Below, piece after piece: positions 29,944-42,120 of a stretch of DNA of 64,000 nt (the stretch's first letter is position 1; every line of letters begins with the position of its first letter). The notes under the pieces were generated by a model. That model ran no database searches, had not been told where the DNA came from, and was given only the letters and a program-made list of their open reading frames with translations. Made by a program: the position numbers and the translations under genes. Source of the DNA: the human T2T-CHM13v2.0 reference genome, Homo sapiens; assembly GCF_009914755.1 (NCBI RefSeq), contig NC_060947.1. One strand, 5' to 3'.

Positions 29944-32038
29944 CTATGGAATGGAAGAAAATATTTGCAAAGCATTTATCTGATAAAGGGTTAATATCCA
30001 AAACATATAAGGAACTTATACAACTCAACAGCATAATAACAAAATCCAGTTAAAAATGGGCAAAGGACTTGAGTAAACATTTCTCCAAATAAGACACATA
30101 AACAGCCAACAGGACCATGAAAAGATGCTCAACATCACTAATCATTAAGGAAATGCAAGTCAAAACCACAATGAGATATCACCTGACACCTATTAGGATG
30201 GCCATTTTTTTTGAGAAAAGATAAGTGTTGGATACGGAGAAACTGGAACACTTGTACACCATGGGTAGGAATGTAAAATGGTGCCACTGCTATGGAAAAC
30301 AGTATGGAGGTTCCTCAAAAAATTAATACTAGAACTACATACTAGATCCAGCATTCCCATTTCTGGGTATTCATCTAAAAGAAATCAGGATCTTGAAAAC
30401 ATATTTAAAACCCCATGTTCATTGGAGCATTGTTTATAATAACCAAGATGTAGAATCAACCTAAATGTCCATGGATGAAAGAATAAAGAAAATGTGGCAT
30501 AAGACACAATGAAATATCATTCCAGAGGAAATCTTCCAATATGCAACAACATAGATAAGTCTGGAGGACATTATGCTAAATGAAATAAGCTGGTCACAGA
30601 AGGACAAATATTGCATAATTTTGCTTATATGACGTACCTAAAATAGCCAAACTCAGAAGCAGAGAGTAGAATGTTGGTTGCCAGGAGCCAGGGGGAGAGG
30701 GAAATGGGGAGTTGCTATTCAAGGGGTATAAAGTTTCAGTAATACAAGATGAAGATGTTCTACAAATCTGCTGTACAACATTGTGCCTATGGTTAACAGT
30801 GTGGTATTGTGAACTTAAAATCCTGTTAAAATTGTAGCTCTCATGTTAAATGTTCTCACTACAATAAAAAGTAAGTTAGATGAATGTAAAATTTTAACAA
30901 GACATATGAATATACTTTCTGACATCGAAAATACAAAAGTAAAGACTGGAGAAAAAAATCAGTATCATTGCTTTTTAGTCAAATTTTATCTAGTAGGCAC
31001 AACCCATTTTGGAAGAGGAGACTATCTAATGACTCCCAGACCCTTCTAATCCTGAAGATTTTAGTAAAAACAATAAAGGGTCATGAATGCTGCACGCTAA
31101 TGTATATTGCAGTAACTAGTATCACCCTTCTGGAGAACAGATTTCAGGTGATATCTAAAAGAAAAGAAAAAAGAGGGGTTACTAACTTTGGCTTTTTTGA
31201 ATGATGAAATTAAAGCAGGGCTACCTGGCCTTAAGTCTTTCAATAGTTAAAAACTAATCTTGGGGCTTTTTAATTCATTTAAGAAGTCATAACCATTATA
31301 CAAGAAAGTAGAAGGAAAAAAAAAGATGTGTGGTTCCCATATGGTTCAGTAATAATCACAACCAGTCTATGACTTCCTTAAAGAGTCTGATGAAATATGT
31401 GAAGGGAGAAAAAAAGGGGCCCTGTGAAAGTTGTATGGGTTGGGGTGGGGGTTGATGAAGATATTATGGGGCCAGAGAGAGAAATCAAGAGCACATTTTG
31501 TACTTTACAAAACCAAGTTAGACACCCTGAGGTAGGTGGCTTATACTTATGTAAAATACCAGCCAGTGCATCAACATAAATTTGTAAAGTAACCACTAAT
31601 GATTTATAGTCAATGCTTAGTGAACTAGAACACTGCAACTGGAGCTATTTAACTTTTTTTAACTTCTGAAATATAATTAAATTGGTACACATTGAATTAA
31701 CAGTACCGTGATCCTTCAGAGAATGATGTGTTACCCGCTGAATTAGCCTGTCTGGGTAGTAAATCATGTTGTTGTCTAACATGCTAGATGAGCATATCTC
31801 ACTCGAACAGAGAGCTTGGCAAATTTTAGACAGAACTCATTTACAAAATACACATGGGAAACTACAATCACTATGAAATTAAGAGAAGAAATAGAAGAGA
31901 AGGAGGAGGTTGGGGGAGGGATGTTCTGCAGGACGCAGCATTTTAAAGAGACTTTCTTAGCACAGAAGACAAGGAAGCTTTGCACTCAAAAAACTGTCCC
32001 TCCAACTACCCAACCACCCTCCATCATTCTCTCTCTGA

Positions 32039-32052
32039 CACACACAAACACA

Positions 32053-32083
<31 letters not shown>
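32039..32083. repeat. (CA)n microsatellite
   Basis: Interrupted CA run. Confidence 0.95.
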
Positions 32084-32284
32084 TAAAATTCACAGTCTCT
32101 AGATTCACAATCTCTAGATTGTGTGGTGAGGTACCTACCTACCTATTTATCTACCTAGCATAGTAATACATGTTAAGGACAAGGAAGAGAGGAGATCAGA
32201 AGTTATAAATATTAAGGAAGTCAGATCACAGATAAGGGATGTAATGAAATTTCTTTTTAATATTGTTCCTCATTTGGCTCCCAG

Positions 32285-32547
32285 TATATATATGTATGAA
32301 TATGTGTATAAATGTGTATATATATATATATATATGTGTATGTGTCTATAAATATATATAAATATAGGTGTGTGCATATATATATATCTCATACATGATA
32401 TATGTTGGATAACAACATCTTTATATATATCTTTATATATATCATATATATCTCATATATATATATGATATATATATATGATATATATATATGATATATA
32501 TATATGATATATATATATGATATATATATATGATATATATATATATA
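32285..32547. repeat. (TA)n-rich tract including a (ATGATATATATAT)n 13-mer array
   Basis: Directly visible; about 6 copies of the 13-mer at ~32460-32545. Confidence 0.95.
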
Positions 32548-33059
32548 AAACCATGGATAACAACACTTGTTTTCTGGCCCTGAGAGTACCTGGGAACAAA
32601 TGTGCAAAACTATTGGGCAATAAACAGAAATGAATTAATAGCCTAAGAAAGAAAGAATTTAGAGCCAGATTTAGAAAGAGGAGATTCATACAAACTCAAA
32701 AAGAAGAAATCTCAAGTCTTTCAGAAGTTCCTAAAGCCTAGCTCTACTTGTTAAATGCTCTATGGAACAGATTTGGGGTTAAAAGCCTAATCCAGCAGTT
32801 TATGTCTGTGGGCCCTGCCCTCAAGGAGCATATCCCATGAAGTATATAAAACAAGCATGCCCAGCTCATTAGAAAGAACATGGTGAGCACCAGATGGAAG
32901 ATGGGGTAGAATGGGACCAGAAGGAAGGGTAATTTCTGATGGGCTTCAAGGAACAGGTAAGATTTAGTCAGGTAGCTGGGACTAGAAATGCATTTTAAGA
33001 AACCATGATAACAAGTCACTGGGCATATTCAGAAAATTATTGTCACATTTGAGGCTGAC

Positions 33060-33310
33060 TGTGTATGGCAGTGATTATGGGTATGTGCTCTGGAGATAGC
33101 CTTTCTGGGTTAAAATCCTAGCTCTACCATTTACTAACTGTGAGACTCTGGGTAAACCATTTGGATTTCCATATGCCTCATTTTCTTTCTCTATAAAATG
33201 GGGAAGAATAATAGAAACATATATAGTTGCCATGTGGATTAAATAATACATGTAAAATCACTTAGAACAGTGGCATCCAATAAGTGCTGAATAAATATTA
33301 GCTATTTTTT
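33060..33310 (+). mobile_element. MIR SINE
   Basis: CTGGGTTAAAATCCTAGCTCTACCATTTACTAACTGTG..GCCTCATTTTC..TAAAATGGGG..AATAAATATTAGCTAT. Confidence 0.85.
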
Positions 33311-33989
33311 AAAATGTGGATGAAGTGCAAAGGAAGTATCCATGATTTCAGCCTACAGGGGAAGATAGGAGCCATATTTCTGGAGAACTTCGGATGCCAG
33401 ACCTGAGGGGTTTGAACTTAAATCAAGATGAAGCAAGTTTTTAATAATAGAGTATCATAAAGGCAGATCAGTTGGTGTCAGTTTGTGGTAGGAGATATAG
33501 AACAACTCTTGCTATCTGACAATACAAAGGGCTGGCTTATGAGATAATGTTCTCCATCAATGGAAGCATTCAAAAGAACAGTCTGACCAACCAAATTCAA
33601 GGGTGTTATTAATGGCACTCAGGCAGCAGGTTAGTGTTGGTCAGCTTGGATGGCCTGCCTCTAAGATTCCTTTCAACTGTAAGTTAATTTAGGATAAAGA
33701 CTCTAGGACCAATATGGAAGAAAGATTTTTTCAAGGCACTGCTGGGAGCATGGAGCCATAGCAACAATTCAAGTGAAAGAGAACAGTACAGAGAGTGGAA
33801 ATGGTGGGAGGTGGGGAGACACTGGGAAGATTTCTGGTCTAGAATGTTAGAGGTGGAAAGGATGGAGTTCTGGTCTAGAATGTCGGAGGTGGAAGGAATG
33901 GTAGGGCTAGGATTTTAACCCACCTCTGAGATGAACCAGTCAGTCCAGCTTCCTCATTGTATAGAAAGGGAAACTAAAATTCTTGGATA

Positions 33990-34640
33990 GAAGAAGTGTC
34001 TTATAAGATAAATTTAACAGGAGTGATCTTAGAAGCAGGGAAGCCAGCCAGGAATCCAGAAACCAGACATAAAGTAATAAGAGCTTGGAAGAGGGTAGGA
34101 GTAGCAGGAATTGAAAAGAAGCAGGTGGATATGAGGGCTATTGTAAAGGAAGCAAGACTGACAGAATGTGGGATATGGGATGAGTAAGCAATGACTCCAT
34201 GATTTTAATGCTAGCTGAGTGGGGAAGCCAAGGAAAGAGCCCATTTTACAAGGGGAAGATAAGTTCCATTTTAGACATACTGGGGTATGAGGTAAAAAAG
34301 AAATATTCCAGTGAATACTATCAGACAGTGGAAAAGATTAAGACTAGAGATTCAGGAGTTATGAGATCTCATCGTTGCTTTCTTGAGGAAAAGAGGAGAG
34401 GGGGAAAGGATGGGGGGAGGGAGAATAGGGAAAGAAGAAACAGAGAAAAGAGTGCGGGGGGAGGGACTGAGTGCTGAGCCTTGAGGAATATCCACAGGAT
34501 AGAGATAAGAGAGGCAGTCGATTTACAGAGGAGAATGGAGAAACAGCAAGAGAAGATGCAGAAACAGGAGAGTTCAGTATTACAGGAGCTATACTGGCAG
34601 CAGAGTTTGGAGAAGGTCGAGTCTGAATGGTTTGGAAACA
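33990..34640 (-). mobile_element. L2 fragment
   Basis: GGATATGGGATGAG..AATGACTCCATGATTTT..AAGTTCCATTTTAGACATAC..GGACTGAGTGCTGAGCCTTGAGGAA. Confidence 0.7.
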
Positions 34641-34664
34641 ATGCCAATGACTAGCAATACTAAG

Positions 34665-35385
34665 AACTGTTTAAATAATTAAATACAATGTGGCTGTTAA
34701 AAAATAGAGATAACCTTCTGTATGCTTGATAGGGAAAGATCTCTAGGATATGTAAGTGAAAAAAGCGAAGTGCAAAAGATTGTTTTAGTATGCTACCTTT
34801 TGTATAAAAGGCAAAATAAAGAATCTATATTGACATTTGCTTGTGTATGTATAGAGAGGCTCTGAAAAGACACACAGAAATATCTAAGCACAGTGGGAGG
34901 TAGTGGTGAAACTGGACAGATGAGAGACAAGGATGACTGGGAAACTATTCTCCGCCTTTTCATACTAACTACCTTTTAAACCACATAACTACATTACCTA
35001 TTCAACAAATTATTGAAAAACAATAATTGTATAGAGAAAACAAGGATGATGAAAACAGTGAGAAGGCCAGTATATTTGGCCCTCAGGAAGACCTCATTGG
35101 AAGCCAGATTGGAGAGGATTCAGGAAGACAGGCAGTGAGGAAACAGAGACACTGAGCATGCACGTATATGAGCATATACAACATGCCTACATATAATGTA
35201 TCTTTGGAAGGGTGTCTTTGGAAGAGTACACAAGGAATTGGTAACAGTGATTGCCACTGGGAAGGGAAATTAGGTGGTTTAGGGACATGAATGAAGAAAG
35301 ATGTACCCATTTATATAGTTTTAAAAATTTTGTTCCATGAACATTTATCATCTATCCCCAAAATAAACATTTAAATAAATAAATT
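34665..35385 (+). mobile_element. L1ME 3' UTR fragments
   Basis: GGAAAGATCTCTAGGATATGTAAGTGAAAAAAGC..AGTATGCTACCTTTTGT. Confidence 0.6.
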
Positions 35386-35569
35386 GTGCTAGAAGAGAAG
35401 GAAGGAGGGGAGAGGGAGAGAGGGAGGCCACCCCTCACTTAAAAAAAATTTATTGACAGAGAGGGCAGTAAGAAGGGTAGGTTTGTAGGGGCCGAGAGGG
35501 TCAAGTCTGGTTTTTTGTTTATTGCTTACTCCCCTTCTAGTTTGGGAGGCAACAAGAGCATGGGAAAGA

Positions 35570-36140
35570 ACAGGCACTCTAAAATCAGATAAACTGGATT
35601 TTGAATACCAGCCCTGCCAGTTACTGGTCCAATGAATTCTGGAAAGTTACTTCCCTCTTAGCCTCAATTTCTGCATCTTGGAATAGGGACACTACTAAGT
35701 ACCTCTTCGTGCATTATATTATTTCATCCTCAGAGTCTAATCTGTGTTTTTTAACAAGCTTCCCAGCAAAGTTGTAAACTGACTGATCTGTGAAACCCAC
35801 GTTTTCCAATGCTATGAAACACAGAATATAGTCATCATAGTTAACAGTGGTATTAAAAAGACAATATGAAACACAGAAAGGGGCTTTGGGGCTGAAGTAA
35901 AATTTTAAGGTATAGTAGGACAAGCATAGGATTTGGGGTCAGGTAGAGTTGAGTTCAAATCACAGCTCTACCACTTACTGGCTTGGTTACTTGGAGAACA
36001 TTACTTTGCCCCTCTGAACCTCATTATTTTCATCTGTAAAATAGGAATACTACTACTTAATTTACAGTAAGTAGAGATGAGAAGATTAGAGAGTATGCAT
36101 ATAAAATTCCCAGAACAAAATATGCATCTAATTAATGGTA
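35570..36140. mobile_element. MIR / MER5 / MIR cluster
   Basis: MIR cores (GCCTCAATTTCTGCATC; CTGAACCTCATTATTTTCATCTGTAAAATAGG) and MER5-like TTTTTAACAAGCTTCCCAG. Confidence 0.7.
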
Positions 36141-38569
36141 ACTCTGACGATCACCAGCCCGGAGTTAGGGTTCCCAAGCACATAAAAACAGCAATGCCAA
36201 TTTTCTACTGTGCATTTCCATTCCCTTGACCCTCCGAACCAGGCCTGAAAACATAAAAGCACACGAGCTATCCCTTTGATTTTTCAAGCACCTATGAGGT
36301 CACCCAAAGAATTCCCTCCTGCCCTTTGAACCTTTAACTCATTCTCAAATGATTTACTGGCTGCCTGGCCTCCAAATGACCATGCTAGCAGCCATGTCCT
36401 TCCTATCTGAGGCTCTGTCCCTTTGATAACAACAGTGCCTCTGATGGGGTTTACCATTCCCACACTCTATGAGCCTGCTTCTAAGACAAAATTTTCAATC
36501 TTGGAAGGACTTAATACAAACAACAGTAAGGAGGAAGCTAACATTCTCTGCTTCTCTCACCAATGCCTGCAAAGGCTGGATCATCTCCTCTCTAAGGCTT
36601 TCTCAGTTTGTTTGTACTCCTTTCATACTTATTGTGATTGTGCTAAGGCCCTTTCGAGGCCTGTTCCTAAAGTCATTCCAGTGGGTGAACTCTCCAACAG
36701 TATCCTGGACAGGAACAAACTAAGAGAAGCCCTATAGTGTGTCTTTTAAACTGTCACAGTACTACTACTGTGAATTTCAACCTGTTCCCTTTAGTGCCCT
36801 TACATAACCTAATTGACTGCCACAGAGACAGTTAACCACCAATGAGATTAGACCCCATTTGGAAGGAAGACAGAGTGAGTTCCCTTTGGCCCTTCTCAGC
36901 ATTCTCAGCTTTGAGTAAAATAGGGAGAATAGCAATATCATGGTCAAATAATAAGGACACTTAAGACACTGGGTATAAATACCAGACAGTGACTCACATC
37001 CAAGGCCAGTCAGACACAACATGTCAGAGCTTGCTTAAGAAAAAGTGAAAACACATGCATATACATTCACACATACACACACAGAGTGTGTTCACCCAAA
37101 GCTACTGCCTCTCAGCTAAAGCAGTGAAACACTTGAGTTTCACTGAAGACACACACTACACCCACCTTAAACACATAGCAACAAGTGGGATGGCTGTTGT
37201 TTTAAGAGTCTCACAGCAACGCGTCCCAACACCATAGGAAATGCTGCAATCATCAGCCAGCCGGCCTCTCCCACATGCAAACCTCGGAACACAGCTTACA
37301 CACAGGAACTCCAGCAGCAGCATGAAATTCAACTGTTATAAACCAAACTTCAGGCAGCCTGGGGACAAGCAGGTAGCCAACCCCATCCTCTACTGCTCCT
37401 TCTCATCCTGGGTTGCCTCTGGGATCCTTCTCAACTTCTGTCCCCAACATTATTTTCTTCTAAGTGTTCCCTCTGCCTCTAGTTCCCATGTGTGTGTCAT
37501 TCAAGGCTCACCCCACTTAGGTGGGGTGTCACACAAAGTTTGGGAAACTTGGCCAGTATATCCAGATCATCTAGTCATATTCTCTAATTTAGGCTTGGAA
37601 GTGGAAAGGGGAAAGATTACCAATCACGGAGTAAAAAATTTTTGCTTGACTCTTCTTACATATTATCTAAACCAGCAAACCATGATGGAGAGTCTACTCT
37701 GTGCTGACTATGGAAAATATATAGAAGATACAGCCATTGTCGTCTAGAAGATCTTGATCCAGCAAACCAAACACAAGACAGCCAAAGTACCCAAAGACAG
37801 CTACTGGAAAATCAGAACTCCGGCATTTCAGAGGGGAGGTTCTGATTGCTTCCACCAGGAGCAATCAAAGATGATGCCCTAGAGGCTTAGAGGTAGGGCT
37901 TGAAGGTTAGGTCCTATGGAGAGGGCCAGAGAAGTGAGAAGTCCTTCCAAGGATGCAGTGTGAAGTCTAGCCACTGGAAAGAACATCATGGTGAGAAAAT
38001 CGGAGGCCAGAATTTCCCAGGTGGGTTTGGGGAACAGAGAGGTAACCGTTCTGCCTGAAAACCTGGGGCCTGGAAGGATTGCTAAGACTGGAGCCAGATG
38101 GAGAATGGTCTGTAATACCAGGCAAAAGTAGTTTGGGCTCTATTCTACAGGCAGCAGGGAACCATTAAATAATTTTAAGGGAGGGAGGAGGGGATGATCA
38201 AAGGGAAAGAAACCATTGAGGAGGCCACTACAGTAGTGTAGTTGTTCCAGAATGAGGCTTCTTCCTGCCTGTCCCAGCTCTTGCAAGATCCTCCTTCAAA
38301 GCTGCCCTTTCCCATCTGAGCTCACTAAGAGCTCATTACTATGCAACTCTTTTGAGTTGAGAGATATATCAATGATGTTTCTTATTCTGAATGAGGCTCC
38401 TAATGTTGTACTGAAGTTGGGTCAAGGGCTTGAAAAAAAACAGAAGCTTCATCTGAATCTCCCAGTTTAGATGAAAGGGAAGTATGATACATTATTTCCA
38501 TTGCTGCAACAGAATCAGTTGGCTTGATCCCTGGGGTCACTGGTCTCCTCTAAGATGCCAACGTGGTAG

Positions 38570-38620
38570 GGAAAGGAGGGAAGGGGAGAGGGAGAAGGAG
38601 GGAGGGAAGGAGAGAGAGAG

Positions 38621-38657
<37 letters not shown>
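38570..38657. repeat. (GGA/GA)n polypurine microsatellite
   Basis: Directly visible. Confidence 0.95.
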
Positions 38658-38658
<1 letters not shown>

Positions 38659-40052
38659 ACGTACTGCCAGCATGGGGCAAAACCTGATTGTCAAGTGCTT
38701 TTCTGGGGCCTGTTCCAGATCACTGTCACTTATAGACTTAGACTAAAGTTCAGCCTTAAATTAGGGCTCCAAGCTAGGGGATGGGAGATGGAAGGGCCCC
38801 ACCTGGGTCTTAGCAGTGGGAATTAACTCTCCCTGATCCTTAATTATTTTGGCTTTTATTAGTGGCTAGATGGGGAGAGGGATGTAACCTGAACCCTAAT
38901 GCAGCTGAGAAGGGCTAAGAGCCAAAACCCTCTTTAAGCAGATACAGTATGTGCAAGGTCTGGGCAGGTTTCAGAACACTGCACTTTTCTTCAGCCAAAG
39001 GCATGGGAAAAACACGCAAATTACATCTTGAGCCCCTTACCTCCAGAAAAGGAGAGTATCAGCCTCCCACCAGGGCTCACGCAACAGAGGGAAGTTAGCA
39101 AGCAGGCGCTTGTAAAAATCAGAGCACTTGGGCAATCTTTTACACAAAAATCTCCCCAGCAGCTACAGATTCAAATCAATTTCAAATATAAATTACAAGC
39201 TATTTCATGTTGTTAGAGAGAGGAGCTAGGTAAAGGAACCCATGTGGTCATTAGCCTTTTAGCAAGAAGTGACTTTAGTCTACAAGAAGGTAGGGAAGGA
39301 GTTAATTTAGACCAGGTTGCATGGCATAAGCATCTTTACAACATTCGGATTTTCAGTTCTTCACCATGTAGAAAATCGGGTGATGTTGCACAAAAGTGGC
39401 AACGGAAAGGCATTCCAAGAAGTGATTCCTATCACTTCAAGTTCTAAGTTATACAAAATGAACTTTAGCCAGTAACACCTCAGTTGACAAAGCATCCCAC
39501 AGATTGGAGGAGATAGCAAGACAAAGCTATGGCCAGGAAAGCCCATTAAATAACAATGCAGGTCTGTTCTACTATCTTTGGGGCATAAGATTGTCTGGCA
39601 ATTAACTCGTTTCCACAACAACCAGTAGATTAGTAAATTGTCTGTGTTGATCATTATGTTCCTAAAATAATGCTTTGTTGTTTTAACTGATCAGTGGCTT
39701 TAAATAAACATGCTCCCCAACTGCCTAGGGACTTTTTGATTGGCCTACAGACACTTCAGTCTCAGAAGATCCAAAACTGAACTAAACCTGGTTGGTCTTC
39801 CCAATTCCCATAATCTCTCAGAGCCTTCTAGATTTTACATATTAGATTAATCCCTGACTCCTACCTCTTCTTCATTTCTTCAATGGTATGCATTATCACT
39901 AACTTCTGGCAACTCACTAATGTATGACAAGTCAGCAAATTGCCAAGATGGGCTGATTCCTTCAAAATGACCTTACCTATCTATTGTTCAGTTCAGGTCT
40001 TTCCTCATGGAAGCAATTATGTGACTGGTACTGTGCTAGGTGCTTTATTCTT

Positions 40053-40098
40053 GAGATCAGATGAGATCGGACAGGTTCAGGGTGGTATGACCATAGAT
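40053..40098 (-). pseudogene. Tailless 5S rRNA retropseudogene (nt 1-46 of 5S)
   Basis: Reverse complement ATCTATGGTCATACCACCCTGAACCTGTCCGATCTCATCTGATCTC vs 5S 5' end GTCTACGGCCATACCACCCTGAACGCGCCCGATCTCGTCTGATCTC; 16-bp TSD TAGGTGCTTTATTCTT (40037-40052) / TAGGTGCCTTATTCTT (40099-40114). Confidence 0.92.
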
Positions 40099-40364
40099 TA
40101 GGTGCCTTATTCTTAATACACTGATTATCCAAACCACAAAATGGCTACCTACTTCCAACTTGCATCCATTCTATAGCCCAGTTTTCTGGGGTATCCAGAA
40201 TACCTGGCTCAAATCCATTCACCTTTATATCCCACTAGTCTGCAAGAATCAAGAAGATCTCCACTGACTCACTTATGTAGCCATCCACACAAGCAATATG
40301 ACATTGGGCAAGTCACCTAATCTTTCTTCAATTTCCTCATGTGTAAAATGGAGTTAATAAATTA

Positions 40365-40595
<231 letters not shown>

Positions 40596-40849
40596 CTAGT
40601 GCCCAGAATATGCACTATAAAGTATTTGTTAGAAAACAAATAAAAGTGACATCTATGGAGCTCTGTGCTGGTTTCATTGGCCATAGGAAGAATAGCTCAG
40701 CTCCTAGAACAGGCACTCAATAAAATTTAATGAATGAATTAATAAGTGGATAAATGAACAAACACTACATGCTCTGCCCTTATGCTGTTAGTCAACACAC
40801 TGTGGAGTGAACAAACTGGTCTCAGTCTTCTGTCTGTGTCTTTAGGACA

Positions 40850-41252
40850 TGCAGTGCTTGTAGTAACTGGAATCAACGTCCTTCTTCCTCCCAGGCCTAC
40901 CTACCTAAATCCTGTATTATCCCTCAAGGCCTAGCTCCAATTCTTCCTTTTTTCACAAAACACCCAGCTACATCAGCCCACAATGAAATCTCTTCCCACT
41001 GAATAAATGTTGCTCTTAGATCCTACCCCACAGTTTCAGTACTTAAAGCTTTTTGTTTCCTGGGCTTATAGTAATGCAGCTCTTCAACAAAACTGTCATC
41101 TCTTTTGAGAATCCAGAAACCAGGTCTTCTATGGTGGCTAACTCTTGTATTCTCTAGTTTAGGGTTAGGCACTTTACAAAGTGCTCAACAAATCTGTGTT
41201 GACTGGTTGGTTGGTTAGTTGATCAGTTGATTGATTGATTGATTGATTGATT
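40850..41252 (+). mobile_element. L2 3' end with (GATT)n/(GGTT)n tail
   Basis: CCTCAAGGCCTAGCTCCAAT..AAGTGCTCAACAAATCTGTGTTGA followed by TGAT repeats. Confidence 0.65.
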
Positions 41253-41569
41253 GGAGGCCTAACTGAGAGCTCTTAAGATGTTAGCCTTTCAAAGTGCTGG
41301 CTGTTCAGACATTAGCAGAAATCATGGCTGGTCTTCCAACTTTTTGCAGTAGCAGACATTACACGAAAGCTGCCCTGCCATTTCACATAATTCCCAATGA
41401 TTAGGTAACTTCATACACTTCAATTTTTAGGCTCAAAATTTTCTTAAGAGAATTCCTGTTTAATAAGGGACACCTGTGGAATGCGCTTGCTTGCTTTCTT
41501 ACATCACATATACTGCTAATAATAATATGAAATAAATGATAAAATGAATCTCTCTCCCTACTGGACAAC

Positions 41570-42120
41570 AGCGCAGGTTGTATTACTCTCATTTTGCAAA
41601 TAGGGCAATTGAGATAGAGAGATGAAAATGACTTCCCAGGGTCACACAAATGAAGAGTGGCAGAGTTGGGACTAAACTTTAGGCTTTCTGAATACCGACC
41701 CAGTCCCCTTACCTTGATTTGAGATTTAAAACAAAACAAAGACCTTCCTTTGACCCTGACCTCTGAGGAATAGATACTCATAATATTATCAGTTTCTGCA
41801 TCAAATTTCATTTCCCTCATTTCCCTCCCTCCGTCTGTCCCCCAACCTCTCATTCTTATCTAGTTCTCTTCTATTTCTCTGTCTTTCACCTGTGTAAACA
41901 CACTATTTTAGAAAGAGCATGGGATTTGAAGTTGGACAGAAGTAAATTTGAATGTCAGTTGTCCCACTTACTATATGACTTAGAGTCTTTCACTTAACTT
42001 CTCCTGAGTCTCGGTTCTTCATCTGCACAATGGAGACATTAATATCTGGCCTCAAAGAGTTACTGTAAAAGTTAAATGAAAATACATGTAAAACACCTAG
42101 AAAATAGCAGTATTTGCTAT
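41570..42120. mobile_element. Two MIR fragments (antisense ~41570-41705; sense ~41910-42120)
   Basis: CTTCCCAGGGTCACACA..GGCAGAGTTGGGACTAAAC; CTGAGTCTCGGTTCTTCATCTGCACAATGG. Confidence 0.7.

Noticed and set aside
37241-37747. 168-aa ATG ORF in unique sequence
   Set aside because: No recognisable domain or coding-like composition and no supporting promoter or splice structure
40053-40098. Functional 5S rRNA gene
   Set aside because: Only 46 of about 120 nt, mutated, and lacks the internal Pol III promoter
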